From contig CAWIAD010000001.1 of assembly GCA_963833985.1 (NCBI GenBank), positions 1,376,001 through 1,440,000 of the forward strand: a DNA stretch of 64,000 nucleotides. Reading direction: 5' to 3'. Positions 1-9,843 of the stretch are shown here, piece after piece; within the stretch, counting starts at the first letter, position 1, and each line of letters starts with the position of its first letter. Under the pieces are notes generated by a model. The model did no database searches, had not been told where the DNA came from, and saw only the letters and a list, made by a program, of their open reading frames with translations. The position numbers and the translations under genes are program-made. Origin of the DNA: an uncultured Planctomycetaceae bacterium (lineage in GTDB: Bacteria; Planctomycetota; Planctomycetia; Isosphaerales; Isosphaeraceae).

Positions 1-777
1 GCAGCCCTTTACCTGGGGCTCTGGGCCCTTCTCGCCACCCTGCTGGGAAGCAGCTCGGCGCGCCAGGACCGAACATCTGACCCGCGCGCGAAGCAGCGCA
101 TGCGGAGGCTGAGCTGCGCCGGGCTGCCGGTGCTCGCCGTGACCGCCAGCTTCGCCGGATTCGACTGGCTGATGTCGCTGGAGCCGCACTGGGCTTCCAC
201 GATGTTCGGGGTCTACTTCTGGGCCCAGTCGCTGGTGTCTTCGCTGGCCGCGCTGATCGTGGTCGCACTGGTGCTGCGCGGCACCGGCTGGCTGCGCCAG
301 ACCATCACTGTCGAACACCTGCACGACCTGGGCAAGCTGCTCTTCGGCTTCGTCGTGTTCTGGACCTACATCGCCTTCAGCCAGTATTTCCTCATCTGGT
401 ACGCCAACCTGCCGGAAGAGACAAGCTGGTACATCGCGCACCGCATGGGTACCTGGAACACGCTGAGCTGGGCCCTGTGCTTCGGGCATTTCACGGTCCC
501 CTTTTTCCTGCTCTTGTTCCGAAAGACCCGGCGCGATCCTTTCTGGCTGGGATTCCTGGCCGTCTGGGTGCTGGTTTTCCATTACCTGGACCTCTTCTGG
601 GTCATCATGCCGACGCCGTACCCCGAGGGCGTCTTGCCCGACTGGCAGGACGCGTCGACCCTGGCCGCCCTGGTGCTGGCCGTCGGGGCGGTTGTGGCCC
701 ATGGCTGCCGGGTGCGCGCACTGGTCCCGGTGGGCGATCCTCATCTTCCCGGGTCGCTCGCGTTCCGCAATCCATGA
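1..777 (+). CDS. actF: Alternative complex III membrane subunit ActF-like (5' partial)
   Basis: Frame open from base 1; multi-TM; motifs DWLMSLEPHWASTMFG, HLHDLGKLLFGF, FSQYFLIWYANLPEET. Confidence 0.85.
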   Translation, partial: AALYLGLWALLATLLGSSSARQDRTSDPRAKQRMRRLSCAGLPVLAVTASFAGFDWLMSLEPHWASTMFGVYFWAQSLVSSLAALIVVALVLRGTGWLRQTITVEHLHDLGKLLFGFVVFWTYIAFSQYFLIWYANLPEETSWYIAHRMGTWNTLSWALCFGHFTVPFFLLLFRKTRRDPFWLGFLAVWVLVFHYLDLFWVIMPTPYPEGVLPDWQDASTLAALVLAVGAVVAHGCRVRALVPVGDPHLPGSLAFRNP

Positions 778-789
778 GGGGCGAGTCTG

Positions 790-2394
790 ATGTCTGCGGG
801 TAGAGACCATTCCACACAATCGAATCAGGATGATCCTGACATGAGCGATCCATCCCGAGCACCGCGGACGCCATCCGGAACCGCGGACGAAAGTCACGAG
901 AACGAGCCCCAGGCGGGCACTCATTCCCTGTTGCTGGCCCTGGTGCTGGGCCTCTTCAAGCTGGCCGGCGTGGCCTTGCTGGTTTACCTGACATACTTCT
1001 TCACGACGAGTTTCGCGAACCGGACCCCGCCGCCCCCGGCGCTGTCGGAGGACCAGCAGGCACTTGCAAAGAAGTCGGAGGATCTGCGGAACCAGGGGAA
1101 GAAGCTGCTGTCGTCATACGGGTGGATCAATCCCGCGGTCAAGAGCAGCGTGCGCATTCCCATCGAACGTGCCATGGAGCTGATTGTTGCCGAGGCATCC
1201 CAGCCCGCGCTGCCCCTGGCCGCGGCTGCCCCCGGCGCTGGAGCACCGGGGACTGCGCCAGCGGCAGCGGGCTCAGGCGTGAAACCGGCGACGGCCCCCG
1301 GAACGTCGACGCCCGTGGCGGCTGCGCCAGCGGCCCCGGCCGGCATGCCTCCCCAGGAGATCTACCGCGCGGTCTGCATGGCGTGCCATGAAGCGGACGG
1401 CAAGGCCAAGATCTTCCGGCTCGCCACGCCGGCCATCCCCGACCTTACCGACCCGAAGTGGCAATCTTCCCGCAGCGACGCCGAGCTCGAGAAGTCGATC
1501 CTTGAGGGCAAGGAATCCGTCATCAGGGGCGTGAAATCGACGGTCATGGTCTCGCAGAAGGAGAACCTGGCCCGGGCCGGTACGAGCGTCAAGGACATGG
1601 TGGCGTTCATGCGCGCCTTCAAGGGGGGCAAGCAAGTGGTCTCGGCCATTCCCGGTGGCATGCCGGCGGAAACCCAGGCGCCGCTGGCGGTGGCGTCCGG
1701 GCCCGCCGTCCCAGCACCCGCGGTGCCGCCGGCCCCTGCTTCAGCGGGGGGAAGCGTTCCACCTTCCCTTGCCATGACCACCACATCGGCTTCCGTCGCG
1801 GGCTCGGCGCCCGCCCCAGCCGGCCGTGCCGCGATGAGCGCAGGGCTGCCTTCCGCCGCGCCCGCGGCTTCCCTGTTGACGGCTGCACCCGGTGCGACGG
1901 CACCCGCGCAGGCCCCACGCATGGCCGCTGCCGGCACCACCTTGCCGTCCGCGCTGCCTTCCTCCGCGAATGCGGCTGCTGTCGCGGCCCAGGCGGAACG
2001 GCTCAGGCTGGCCTCAATGACCTTCAACACGCTGTGCATCGCCTGCCACGGTGCCGACGGGCGTGGCACCGCAGTCCGGACCGCAATGCCGCAACTTCCG
2101 AACTTCACCTTGCACGACTGGCACACCACCAAGAGCACCAGTCAGCTTGCCACCACGATCATGGAAGGCAAGGGCCTGATGCCCGCCTGGAACGCTCAGT
2201 TGACGGCGGACAAGGCGCGTGACCTGGCGCTCTATGTCCGCAGCTTCGGTGCTCCGGAGATGCTCGCCGAGACCCAGGCCGCCTCCGCCCCGTCGATGGC
2301 GGCCTTCGACAGCGAGATGCAGTCATTGCGGCAAAGCTTCGACGAGATCGAGAAGCAGCTCCAGGCGCTTTCGGCCGGAGCTGCCAGGCCATGA
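790..2394 (+). CDS. Membrane-anchored di-heme cytochrome c with ActG-like N-terminus
   Basis: One TM, YGWINP..VRIPIERAM motif, CMACH and CIACH heme sites, Ala/Pro linkers; start may be 841. Confidence 0.75.
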   Translation: MSAGRDHSTQSNQDDPDMSDPSRAPRTPSGTADESHENEPQAGTHSLLLALVLGLFKLAGVALLVYLTYFFTTSFANRTPPPPALSEDQQALAKKSEDLRNQGKKLLSSYGWINPAVKSSVRIPIERAMELIVAEASQPALPLAAAAPGAGAPGTAPAAAGSGVKPATAPGTSTPVAAAPAAPAGMPPQEIYRAVCMACHEADGKAKIFRLATPAIPDLTDPKWQSSRSDAELEKSILEGKESVIRGVKSTVMVSQKENLARAGTSVKDMVAFMRAFKGGKQVVSAIPGGMPAETQAPLAVASGPAVPAPAVPPAPASAGGSVPPSLAMTTTSASVAGSAPAPAGRAAMSAGLPSAAPAASLLTAAPGATAPAQAPRMAAAGTTLPSALPSSANAAAVAAQAERLRLASMTFNTLCIACHGADGRGTAVRTAMPQLPNFTLHDWHTTKSTSQLATTIMEGKGLMPAWNAQLTADKARDLALYVRSFGAPEMLAETQAASAPSMAAFDSEMQSLRQSFDEIEKQLQALSAGAARP

Positions 2395-2414
2395 GCGGGC
2401 GGTTTCCGCTTGCC

Positions 2415-2993
2415 TCATGGCGTCATCTGGAACGGTCCCGGGCCAGCCGGCAGGGGCACGGCCTGCACCGGCGGATTGGCCGCCTCTTCCGCGGCCTTGG
2501 CCTGCGCGGCTGACTTGTCGGCCGCCTGGGACTCCTCACGCATTTCGGCAATCGGCTGTGAGAAGATCTGCCGCTTGGGCGAGGCCTCGATGGGCCCGCT
2601 TGCCGGCGGGATGTCGTGCCAGCGGCGGAAGAATGACTCGATCTTGGCCTGCTCCTCGCCGGTCATCAGGGCCCGCACTCGCATGTGGGCCAGCACGTTC
2701 TGGTAATTCGAGAACGGCCGTTCGCCGATTGAGCGCGCGTTGTGGCAATAGCCGCAGTACATGGAGAAGAGCTGGCCGCCAGTCACCTCGTCCTCCCACT
2801 TGCCGCTCAGCTCGTCTCCCTTCGGCAGCCGGAACCGGAAGGGAGCGGGCTTCTGGGAAACATCGACGGGCGGCGTGAAACATCCGACCGCGGGCAGGGC
2901 GAGGACGCCGAGAATCATCAGCCTGGCGACGGCTGACACGCCTTCACGAGGTCTCCGCATCGTCCTCGCTTCCATGCTTGAAGTTCCCGACAT
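2415..2993 (-). CDS. Monoheme cytochrome c lipoprotein
   Basis: Lipobox-like LPAVGC; CGYCH heme motif. Confidence 0.7.
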   Translation of the reverse strand: MSGTSSMEARTMRRPREGVSAVARLMILGVLALPAVGCFTPPVDVSQKPAPFRFRLPKGDELSGKWEDEVTGGQLFSMYCGYCHNARSIGERPFSNYQNVLAHMRVRALMTGEEQAKIESFFRRWHDIPPASGPIEASPKRQIFSQPIAEMREESQAADKSAAQAKAAEEAANPPVQAVPLPAGPGPFQMTP

Positions 2994-3091
2994 GAGTCTG
3001 GCTCCCCTCTCTCCTCGAAATCGTCCCTGATTTCGTTCACGGCGGCGTCTGGCCGGATCCCCTGACCGCAGGCGAGCCGGGATTCCGGAAC

Positions 3092-4681
3092 TCACCAGAA
3101 CCAGGCCCACTGGGCCATGAAGATGTTGTCATTGAGTTGATGGTGGACCTCCTGGTTGATCTCGTAGGCGAAGTGGACCACGTTGCTGGCGTAGAACCAG
3201 TAGTTCAGGCCAAAGGTATACTGATTCGTATCCACGGGTGCTCCCCCCGCCCCGAAGGTCGTCAGGTCCAGCTTCGCGTAATTGATACCGGTGAAGTTGG
3301 CGAAGCTGTACCGGACGACATACTCGACCTTGGAGAGAATCGGGGAGCGGTTGTTGTAGTCGCGGTAGGTGAGCTGTGAATAGAGTCCGCGACGTTCGAT
3401 GTTATTGCCGATCGACCCCTTGGCTTGCTGGTAGTTGTCAGCAAATTCCGTGAGGAAGTACCAGTTGCCCTTATGGTAGCTGAGGTCCCATCCCCAGAGC
3501 TGAAAGTGGTCGCGAACGCCAGGATTGTAGATGCCGTTGGAGTAGCCAGAGAAGCCCATGTTCAGCCCCCGCCTGGGCATCCAGAGCGCGAAACGGCCGC
3601 CGTAAGCCTGCGAGCTCACCTCTTCCGGCCCTCCGACGATGCCTCCGAGGTCGACCGACTGGGTGTAGTTTGAGGGGCTCTGGGCAAGCTGATAGCCGTT
3701 TCCAAAGTACATCTGGTAGGTCATCTTGATCGGTAGAGCGCCCAGGTAACTGGCTCCGCTGAGCTGGATGCCGTCGGTGGAGGACGCGGGTGAGACCTGG
3801 TTGAACATGAGCGGGGGATCCGGCAGACGGTTGATCCACTCGTGGTTGTACCAGAGGTTGAATTGTCCGATGGGCGTGAGGAACCTGCCGACGTTCAGCG
3901 TCATCCACTTGTTGAGCAAAACATCGATCTGGGCGTTGCCGATGCCAACGCCGGAGACGTTATTCAGATCGATGCTGGCTTCCGCCAGGAACCGCTTGTT
4001 GAGCTGAACGAGGAAGTAAGGAGAAACCTGCATCGTCGTGAAATTGCCGTTCTGCCCGTTCTGCTTGTTGTACCCCGCGAGCATCTGGCCGTAGATGCTC
4101 ACCGGCGTCTCGTTGTTGTAGTGTGTGTCGAACAGTTCCTTCAGGGGCGCCGGCAGCCGTGGGCCGTTGCGGATCTCGGTGTCCAGCCGTTCGCGCAACT
4201 CGTCGGTGGCCGCGGCCTGCTCCTGGTCGCGCTGGGCCGCTTGCTGGGCGCGCGACGAGAGCTGCTCGGTCTTGGCCTCCAGCTTGTCGACCGCCTGCGT
4301 TGACGTCGGCGCGACCGCCTGTTTCTTGAGCTGGTCGGCCAGCAGATTGGCGGTTTTCTGAAGGATCTCGATCTGCTTTTGCTGGAGTTCCGCGCGCTTC
4401 TTTTGTAATTCCATGTCGCGGGAGTACTGCTCCTTGAGAGCCTGGATCTCGCGTGCATTGCGGGCGAGGGCCTCTTGCAGGCTATCCTGGGGACCCGCAG
4501 CGGCGTTTGCCGGCGGGGCCGCCTGTCGCGGAGCCACGGGCTTTGCCGCGGTCGATGGGAGCGGGGCCGCCTTGATGTCCTGTGCAGTCAATGGACCATT
4601 CAAGGGCGCGGGAGCCTGAGCCTGGGCGGATCCCAGCCAGATCATGCATCCAATGAGCCCCAGGCCTATGCCGTGCCGCAT
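3092..4681 (-). CDS. Putative outer-membrane beta-barrel (porin-like) with N-terminal coiled coil
   Basis: Signal peptide ending AQA, Q/K/E coiled coil, amphipathic beta strands, aromatic C-terminus WAWFW. Confidence 0.7.
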   Translation of the reverse strand: MRHGIGLGLIGCMIWLGSAQAQAPAPLNGPLTAQDIKAAPLPSTAAKPVAPRQAAPPANAAAGPQDSLQEALARNAREIQALKEQYSRDMELQKKRAELQQKQIEILQKTANLLADQLKKQAVAPTSTQAVDKLEAKTEQLSSRAQQAAQRDQEQAAATDELRERLDTEIRNGPRLPAPLKELFDTHYNNETPVSIYGQMLAGYNKQNGQNGNFTTMQVSPYFLVQLNKRFLAEASIDLNNVSGVGIGNAQIDVLLNKWMTLNVGRFLTPIGQFNLWYNHEWINRLPDPPLMFNQVSPASSTDGIQLSGASYLGALPIKMTYQMYFGNGYQLAQSPSNYTQSVDLGGIVGGPEEVSSQAYGGRFALWMPRRGLNMGFSGYSNGIYNPGVRDHFQLWGWDLSYHKGNWYFLTEFADNYQQAKGSIGNNIERRGLYSQLTYRDYNNRSPILSKVEYVVRYSFANFTGINYAKLDLTTFGAGGAPVDTNQYTFGLNYWFYASNVVHFAYEINQEVHHQLNDNIFMAQWAWFW

Positions 4682-5065
4682 TTGGAAGCCCTCGAAGAAA
4701 TGAGGCCTACGTCCGGATCGCATCGTGTCCGGACCGTCCACGCGAGAATCGGCGTGAGCGGATGACCCGATCCGGGCCATCCGCCACGCGAACAGCATCG
4801 TCAGGATCCCGGTCCGGCTCTGGCAGCATCACCAGGTGAGCCTGTCGGCTCGTCTTGGACCGGACGGTCGGACCGGGAACGATCGCGAGCTACCGGGCGG
4901 TGCTCTGAGTCGCCGCTGACAATATCGGTTAAACCGATCATTTCGATGAAATGGATTTTATGAAGTTTAAGGTTTTCTCACTCCGCCACGGGATGAGCGA
5001 AGCTCGAGACGCGAAAGACAAGTCGTCCGAACAGAGGCCGTAATGGTTTCGTTGTGGCAAGCCAC

Positions 5066-5100
5066 GAAACGAAAAGGCCAGCCCCGTGGTGGGGCTGGCC
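5066..5100 (-). terminator. Intrinsic terminator
   Basis: GGCCAGCCCC-ACCAC-GGGGCTGGCC followed by TTTTCGTTT on minus strand. Confidence 0.7.
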
Positions 5101-5163
5101 CGTGATTGTCATGACTCGGCCGGACCGCTCGAGATTGAGAATACTTCAGGCTGCGGGCCCAGG

Positions 5164-5847
5164 TTACCGTGCAAAGGGAGTGGCGCTGGTGATACCTGCA
5201 TCAGGTGAGGGGAGACGCAGGGCGGCCTTCGGGGTGGCACCCGCCGCGGCACCGGGTGGGCTGCTGGAGGGAGCTTTTGGAGTGGACGCGCCACCGGCGC
5301 CGGCGCCCGCGCCGGCGGCCGCCGGTGCCTGGCCAGGCGGATTGCGCAGGACCGGCTTCGAGAGTTGCGTGCCGGGGACGAACGTCCGCAGGTAATGGGC
5401 GATGCCGTACGCTTCGTCGAGCGCGAGGGCGCCGCGGAACTGCGGCATCACCGCTCCCCGTCCTTCGATGATGATGCGCACGATGGCCGCGTCCGAGCGG
5501 TAGTTCTGCCAGCGCACGTCGGTGAAGTCCGGAATACCGGGAATGTCCCAGACTCCACGGCCGTCCACTCCGTGGCAGCGGATGCAGTACCTGTTGAACA
5601 GGTTCATGGAAACGGTTTTTTCCTGCTCCGGACTTCGCATCCAGTACCAGGCACCGCCGTTCAATGTCTCGATCTGGCCTGGCGGTACATGCTTGTGGCC
5701 GAAGTGTTTGTCGAAAATCGAGCCCCACGCATGATCGTCGCCGAGTGTGGGACAGCTGCCGACGGCAAGTAACACAACCGTGAGCACGGCCGAGATCAGC
5801 CCTGTCAGCAGCGTCGCGGTTCTGTGAGAGTGCGCGGACAACCTCAT
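5164..5847 (-). CDS. Cytochrome c family protein
   Basis: Signal/TM segment, CIRCH motif, GAVMPQF distal Met; AGGAGGAG RBS. Confidence 0.8.
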   Translation of the reverse strand: MRLSAHSHRTATLLTGLISAVLTVVLLAVGSCPTLGDDHAWGSIFDKHFGHKHVPPGQIETLNGGAWYWMRSPEQEKTVSMNLFNRYCIRCHGVDGRGVWDIPGIPDFTDVRWQNYRSDAAIVRIIIEGRGAVMPQFRGALALDEAYGIAHYLRTFVPGTQLSKPVLRNPPGQAPAAAGAGAGAGGASTPKAPSSSPPGAAAGATPKAALRLPSPDAGITSATPFAR

Positions 5848-6150
5848 GGCTCCTCCTGAGCGCAAATGCCTCTGAGAATAAAGGATCCCCACGATTGCCC
5901 GCGAAATCAGATCAACGGCGCCATCGCCGACGGCATGTATCGTGGTACTTCGAATGTATCGGAGAAATCCCGGGCCAAGTTTTGAACAGTTTCCCTGGCG
6001 GGACCGATTCTGCCGGGGAATCAGTCAGCGACGTTCGGTTGTCGTCTGAACGGGAATCCCCACGCGGCAAAACGAGATCCTTCATTCCACGCTCGCTGGC
6101 CGGTATGTTAGCCGATGGCGTGACACCGGACCACGAGACGAGGGAATGAC

Positions 6151-6960
6151 ATGGATCTGCAACTCCGGGGCAAGCTTGCACTCGTGACCGGCTCGACGGC
6201 CGGCATCGGCCTGGCGGTGGCGAAGGGGCTCTTCAGGGAAGGGGCGTCCGTCGTGGTCAACGGCCGCACGATCGGCCGCGTCGAGGAAGCCGTGGCCACA
6301 GTCCGGTCCGGCGGCCATGGCGACGGCGACGGCGACGGCAAGGTCTCGGGCATTGCCGCGGACCTCTCCAGCGCCGAGGGCGTGAACCTGCTTGTGCAGA
6401 GGCTGCCCGAGGTCGACATCCTGGTCAACAATCTGGGCATCTTCGAGCCCAGACCCTTTGAGGCGATCCCGGACGAGGACTGGCTGCGGTTCTTCGAGAC
6501 GAACGTCCTGAGCGGAGTGCGTCTCACACGCCGGTTCCTGCCGGCGATGCGCCGCAAGGACTGGGGCCGCATCGTCTTCGTCTCCAGCGAATCCGGGCTC
6601 CAGATCCCCGCGGAGATGGTCCACTACGGCATGACGAAGACCGCCCAGCTCGCCATTGCCCGGGGCGTGGCCGAGTCGGTCGCCGGGACCGGCATCACGG
6701 TCAACTCCGTCCTGCCGGGGCCGACGGAATCCGAGGGCGTGGCGCAGTTCGTGGCCGACCTGGCCCGTCAAAGGGGCGTGGAGCGCTCGGTGGTCGAGGC
6801 CGAGTTCTTCCAGACGGCCCGCCCCACGTCGCTGCTGAAGCGGTTTGCGACGGTTGAGGAGGTGGCGAACATGATCGTCTATGTGTGCAGCCCGCTCGCC
6901 TCGGCCACCAATGGAGCGGCCCTGCGGGTCGATGGCGGCGTGGTGCGGGCCATCGGCTGA
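6151..6960 (+). CDS. SDR family oxidoreductase
   Basis: TGSTAGIG, NNLG, YGMTK motifs. Confidence 0.92.
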   Translation: MDLQLRGKLALVTGSTAGIGLAVAKGLFREGASVVVNGRTIGRVEEAVATVRSGGHGDGDGDGKVSGIAADLSSAEGVNLLVQRLPEVDILVNNLGIFEPRPFEAIPDEDWLRFFETNVLSGVRLTRRFLPAMRRKDWGRIVFVSSESGLQIPAEMVHYGMTKTAQLAIARGVAESVAGTGITVNSVLPGPTESEGVAQFVADLARQRGVERSVVEAEFFQTARPTSLLKRFATVEEVANMIVYVCSPLASATNGAALRVDGGVVRAIG

Positions 6961-7167
6961 GCCTCATCGCGGGCAGCTATTCTCCTTACCGTGCGCAAGA
7001 TCGGAGGCAAACGACAATAAGACCGGAGGCATATCACAATACGGTCGAAAGCCGAAAGCCGGAGTCAGAGAACAACTCGACCGGAACCTTTGACCATGAG
7101 CCCTCAGAGGGCGTCCGACCATTTCTGCTTGGAGTGGAAGTTGCGTATCCGAGTATCCGGATGCGCA

Positions 7168-7545
7168 TCACGCGACGATATGCGGCACGCCATAGGCGGA
7201 AACATGGGGATCACGGCTGACCAGCTTGAAGCCCTCGTGCCGCGCCTGAGCGATCAGCAAGCGGTCGAACGGGTCGCGGTGATGATCGGGAAGTGTCTGC
7301 ACGGTCAAGGCGTGTGGAATGGTCACGGGGAGGGGCAAAAAGCGGTTGGCCGCCATCATCGCTTCCAGGTCGTCGGGGGAGTCCAGCTTGTGCAGGGAAC
7401 GCTTGATGCTGATTTCCCAGATGACGGCGGCACTGATGTAAACGGTGTTACTGCCGTCGCCAATCGCCCTGCGGGCCGCTCTGGACAGGAGCTGCGGATC
7501 GTCCAGCCACCAGAGGAAGACGTGGGTATCGAGTAAAAGTGTCAT
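7168..7545 (-). CDS. vapC: VapC-family PIN toxin
   Basis: LLDTHVFLWW, WEISIK, HRDPFDRLLIAQA. Confidence 0.92.
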   Translation of the reverse strand: MTLLLDTHVFLWWLDDPQLLSRAARRAIGDGSNTVYISAAVIWEISIKRSLHKLDSPDDLEAMMAANRFLPLPVTIPHALTVQTLPDHHRDPFDRLLIAQARHEGFKLVSRDPHVSAYGVPHIVA

Positions 7546-7781
7546 TGCGGCTTGATGCCGAAGGCGGCTGCGATGTCATCGGGCAGGGTGTCGAAGTCCT
7601 CAGCGATACGGACGCGGCCTTTCCATTGCCCGCCGTGCCGGGGTGAATCATCGGCGTGGATCGGGACCAGCCGGACCACCGGCCGACCGGCCTTGGCGAT
7701 GATGACCTCTTCGCCGTTCATGGCCTGCTCGACCAGCTTCGAGAGCTGCGACTTGGCTTCGTGAATGTTGGCAATCTCCAT
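7542..7781 (-). CDS. Phd/YefM-family antitoxin
   Basis: NIHEAKSQLSKLVEQA..GEEVIIAKAGRPV; 4-bp overlap with toxin. Confidence 0.92.
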   Translation of the reverse strand: MEIANIHEAKSQLSKLVEQAMNGEEVIIAKAGRPVVRLVPIHADDSPRHGGQWKGRVRIAEDFDTLPDDIAAAFGIKPQ

Positions 7782-7792
7782 GGGCACCTCCT

Positions 7793-7804
7793 GCTTAGCT
7801 AAGC
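7793..7804. promoter_or_regulatory. Putative TA operator palindrome
   Basis: Perfect palindrome GCTTAGCTAAGC just upstream of antitoxin RBS. Confidence 0.55.
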
Positions 7805-7965
7805 CTAGCTCAATTCGCTGTTCTTGACAAGCCCAGAATGCGAGCGTGCGTGCGTTTGCCCGCCCATACAGGTAACGCGAAAGAATCCCTTTATTTCCCG
7901 CTACCGCCTTGGTCTGCTAACCAAAGCGTAGAAACGCTCGGCAGGAGGAACGAGAGGCAGGTGAC

Positions 7966-8229
7966 ATGAACATCAGCTATGAAATACCCCGGGACATCGA
8001 GCAAGAGCTTCGCGCCAGCCGCCCGGACATCAACCGAGAGGCGAAGGAGGCCTACCTGATCGACCTCTATCGCCAGGAACGGATTAGCCATCGCCAGCTC
8101 GCCGACGCGTTGGGGTTGAACCGCTACGAGACCGATGGGGTATTGAAGCGGCACAAGGTCTCGCCGAACGTCACCGCCCAGGAGATGCGCGCTCAGGCCA
8201 CGGGTCTCAAGGATGCGAGGCCGGAGTGA
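7966..8229 (+). CDS. UPF0175-family protein (putative antitoxin)
   Basis: LYRQERISHRQLADALGLNR HTH; paired with a PIN gene. Confidence 0.8.
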   Translation: MNISYEIPRDIEQELRASRPDINREAKEAYLIDLYRQERISHRQLADALGLNRYETDGVLKRHKVSPNVTAQEMRAQATGLKDARPE

Positions 8230-8744
8230 TTGTCGTCTCCGATACGACACCCCTGAACTACCTCATCCTGATCGAAGCGGCTCAGGTGCTCCCCGCCCTG
8301 TTCGGCGGGGTGTATGCACCGACGGCGGTGATGGAGGAGCGATCGCACCCGCGCGGTCCTCAGCCTGTCCGAGTCTGGGCCAGTTCACCTCCCGAGTGGC
8401 TCGTCGTGCAGGAGCCCACCCGGGTTGACGAGACGTTGCCCAAAGCGCTTCACAAAGGGGAGGTGGAGGCCATCTCCCTCGCTCAGGAGATGCGGGCTGA
8501 CTGGGTCCTGATTGACGAACGGAAAGCGTCGAGAGAGGCCGAAAGCCGTGGCCTCCGGGTCGCGGGGACGCTCGGCATCCTCGAAGAAGCAGGGGCCAGG
8601 AATCTTCTCGACTACGAGAAGGATCGAGACCGTCTCGTCAACGAGACGAACTTCTATGTCACGGACGACGTGCTCCGCGAATCGGAGCGTCGATATCACG
8701 AGCGAAAGCAAGCCCAGGAACAAGAACGGAAGACCCATGAGTAG
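8226..8744 (+). CDS. DUF3368-type PIN-domain protein
   Basis: VVSDTTPLNYL, LHKGEVEAISLA, LIDERKA, GTLGIL. Confidence 0.85.
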   Translation: MIVVSDTTPLNYLILIEAAQVLPALFGGVYAPTAVMEERSHPRGPQPVRVWASSPPEWLVVQEPTRVDETLPKALHKGEVEAISLAQEMRADWVLIDERKASREAESRGLRVAGTLGILEEAGARNLLDYEKDRDRLVNETNFYVTDDVLRESERRYHERKQAQEQERKTHE

Positions 8745-8860
8745 GCTGAACCGATCCAGCACGTGAAAGCTGGGCGAGCTTGCGAGTACGATGAACGCCG
8801 TGGCTATCGCGGTCACGGCAAGAGCCACACCTTCGCGGCGTGTCTTTGGGGGGCTGATCG

Positions 8861-9701
8861 ATGGGCGATGACCTGGCTTCGGGGTTCCAGGCCGTGGACA
8901 GCGCCGCGGAGTTCGCGGTGTTCGCGGACTGTCTCACACTGGTGGACTCGATCCCCTTCTTTGCCGCGTGCAAGCGGGAGAGTTATGAATTGCTCGGGGC
9001 GTCTCCGGGCCAGCGGGTCCTGGAGGTCGGCTGCGGCCTGGGCGACGATGCGAAAGCGCTGGCGGGCGTTGTGGCGCCCGGCGGCGCCGTCGTTGCTGTC
9101 GACGCCAGCCGCACGATGATCGAGGCGGCGCGCGCGGCATGGCAAAACGGAGGGACTGAACTTTGAGGTCGCTCTGGCCACTGCCTTGCCCTTCGGCGAT
9201 GCCAGCTTTGACGCCTGCCGGGTGGACCGAGTACTCCAGCACGTGGCAGACCCCTTCGCGGCGGTCAGGGAAATGGTCCGCGTGCTGCGTCCCGGCGGCG
9301 TGCTGGTCGCCTACGACAATGACTGGGAAACACTCACGGTCGATTCGGCCGAGCGTAGCGTGACGCGTACCGTCTTGAACGCCTGGTGCGATCGCTTTCC
9401 TTCGGGCTGGATCGGCCGCCGGCTGACCCCGTTCTTCCTTCAGGCCGGGCTGGCCGATGTCGTCGCGATTCCCAAAACGCTGGTGCTCCGTGACCTCTCG
9501 CTGGCCGACCGTCTTTACTGCTTCTTCGCGACGATCGAACGTCTCGCGGAGCAAGGGATCGTCTCGCGGGCGGTAGCGGAGCGCTGGTCAGTTGGGCTCC
9601 GCTCCGCGGACGCCCAGGACCGTTTCTTCAGTTCTTACACCGGGTTCCTGGTGCGTGGCCGGCGACCGGCAGACGTCCCGAACAGTCCCTTGCGCCGCTG
9701 A
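8861..9701 (+). CDS. Class I SAM methyltransferase (frameshift near 9135-9165)
   Basis: VLEVGCGLG in first frame; LPFGDASFDAC..RVLRPGG in second. Confidence 0.8.
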
Positions 9702-9843
9702 GATTCGTCGCCGGAAGACGATCGCGCTCTTGCCCGGACCGAAGGCCGGGAGCAGTGACGACCAGGAATCTGCCGGGCTGAAGCGCGTGGGCTTTCGTGC
9801 TCTCCCCAGCGAGATCCCCATCATCTGACCTGGCTGAAGCCGG

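Noticed and set aside
6319..6339. GGCGAC microsatellite in SDR gene
   Set aside because: Short in-frame GD loop insertion; no phase-variation potential
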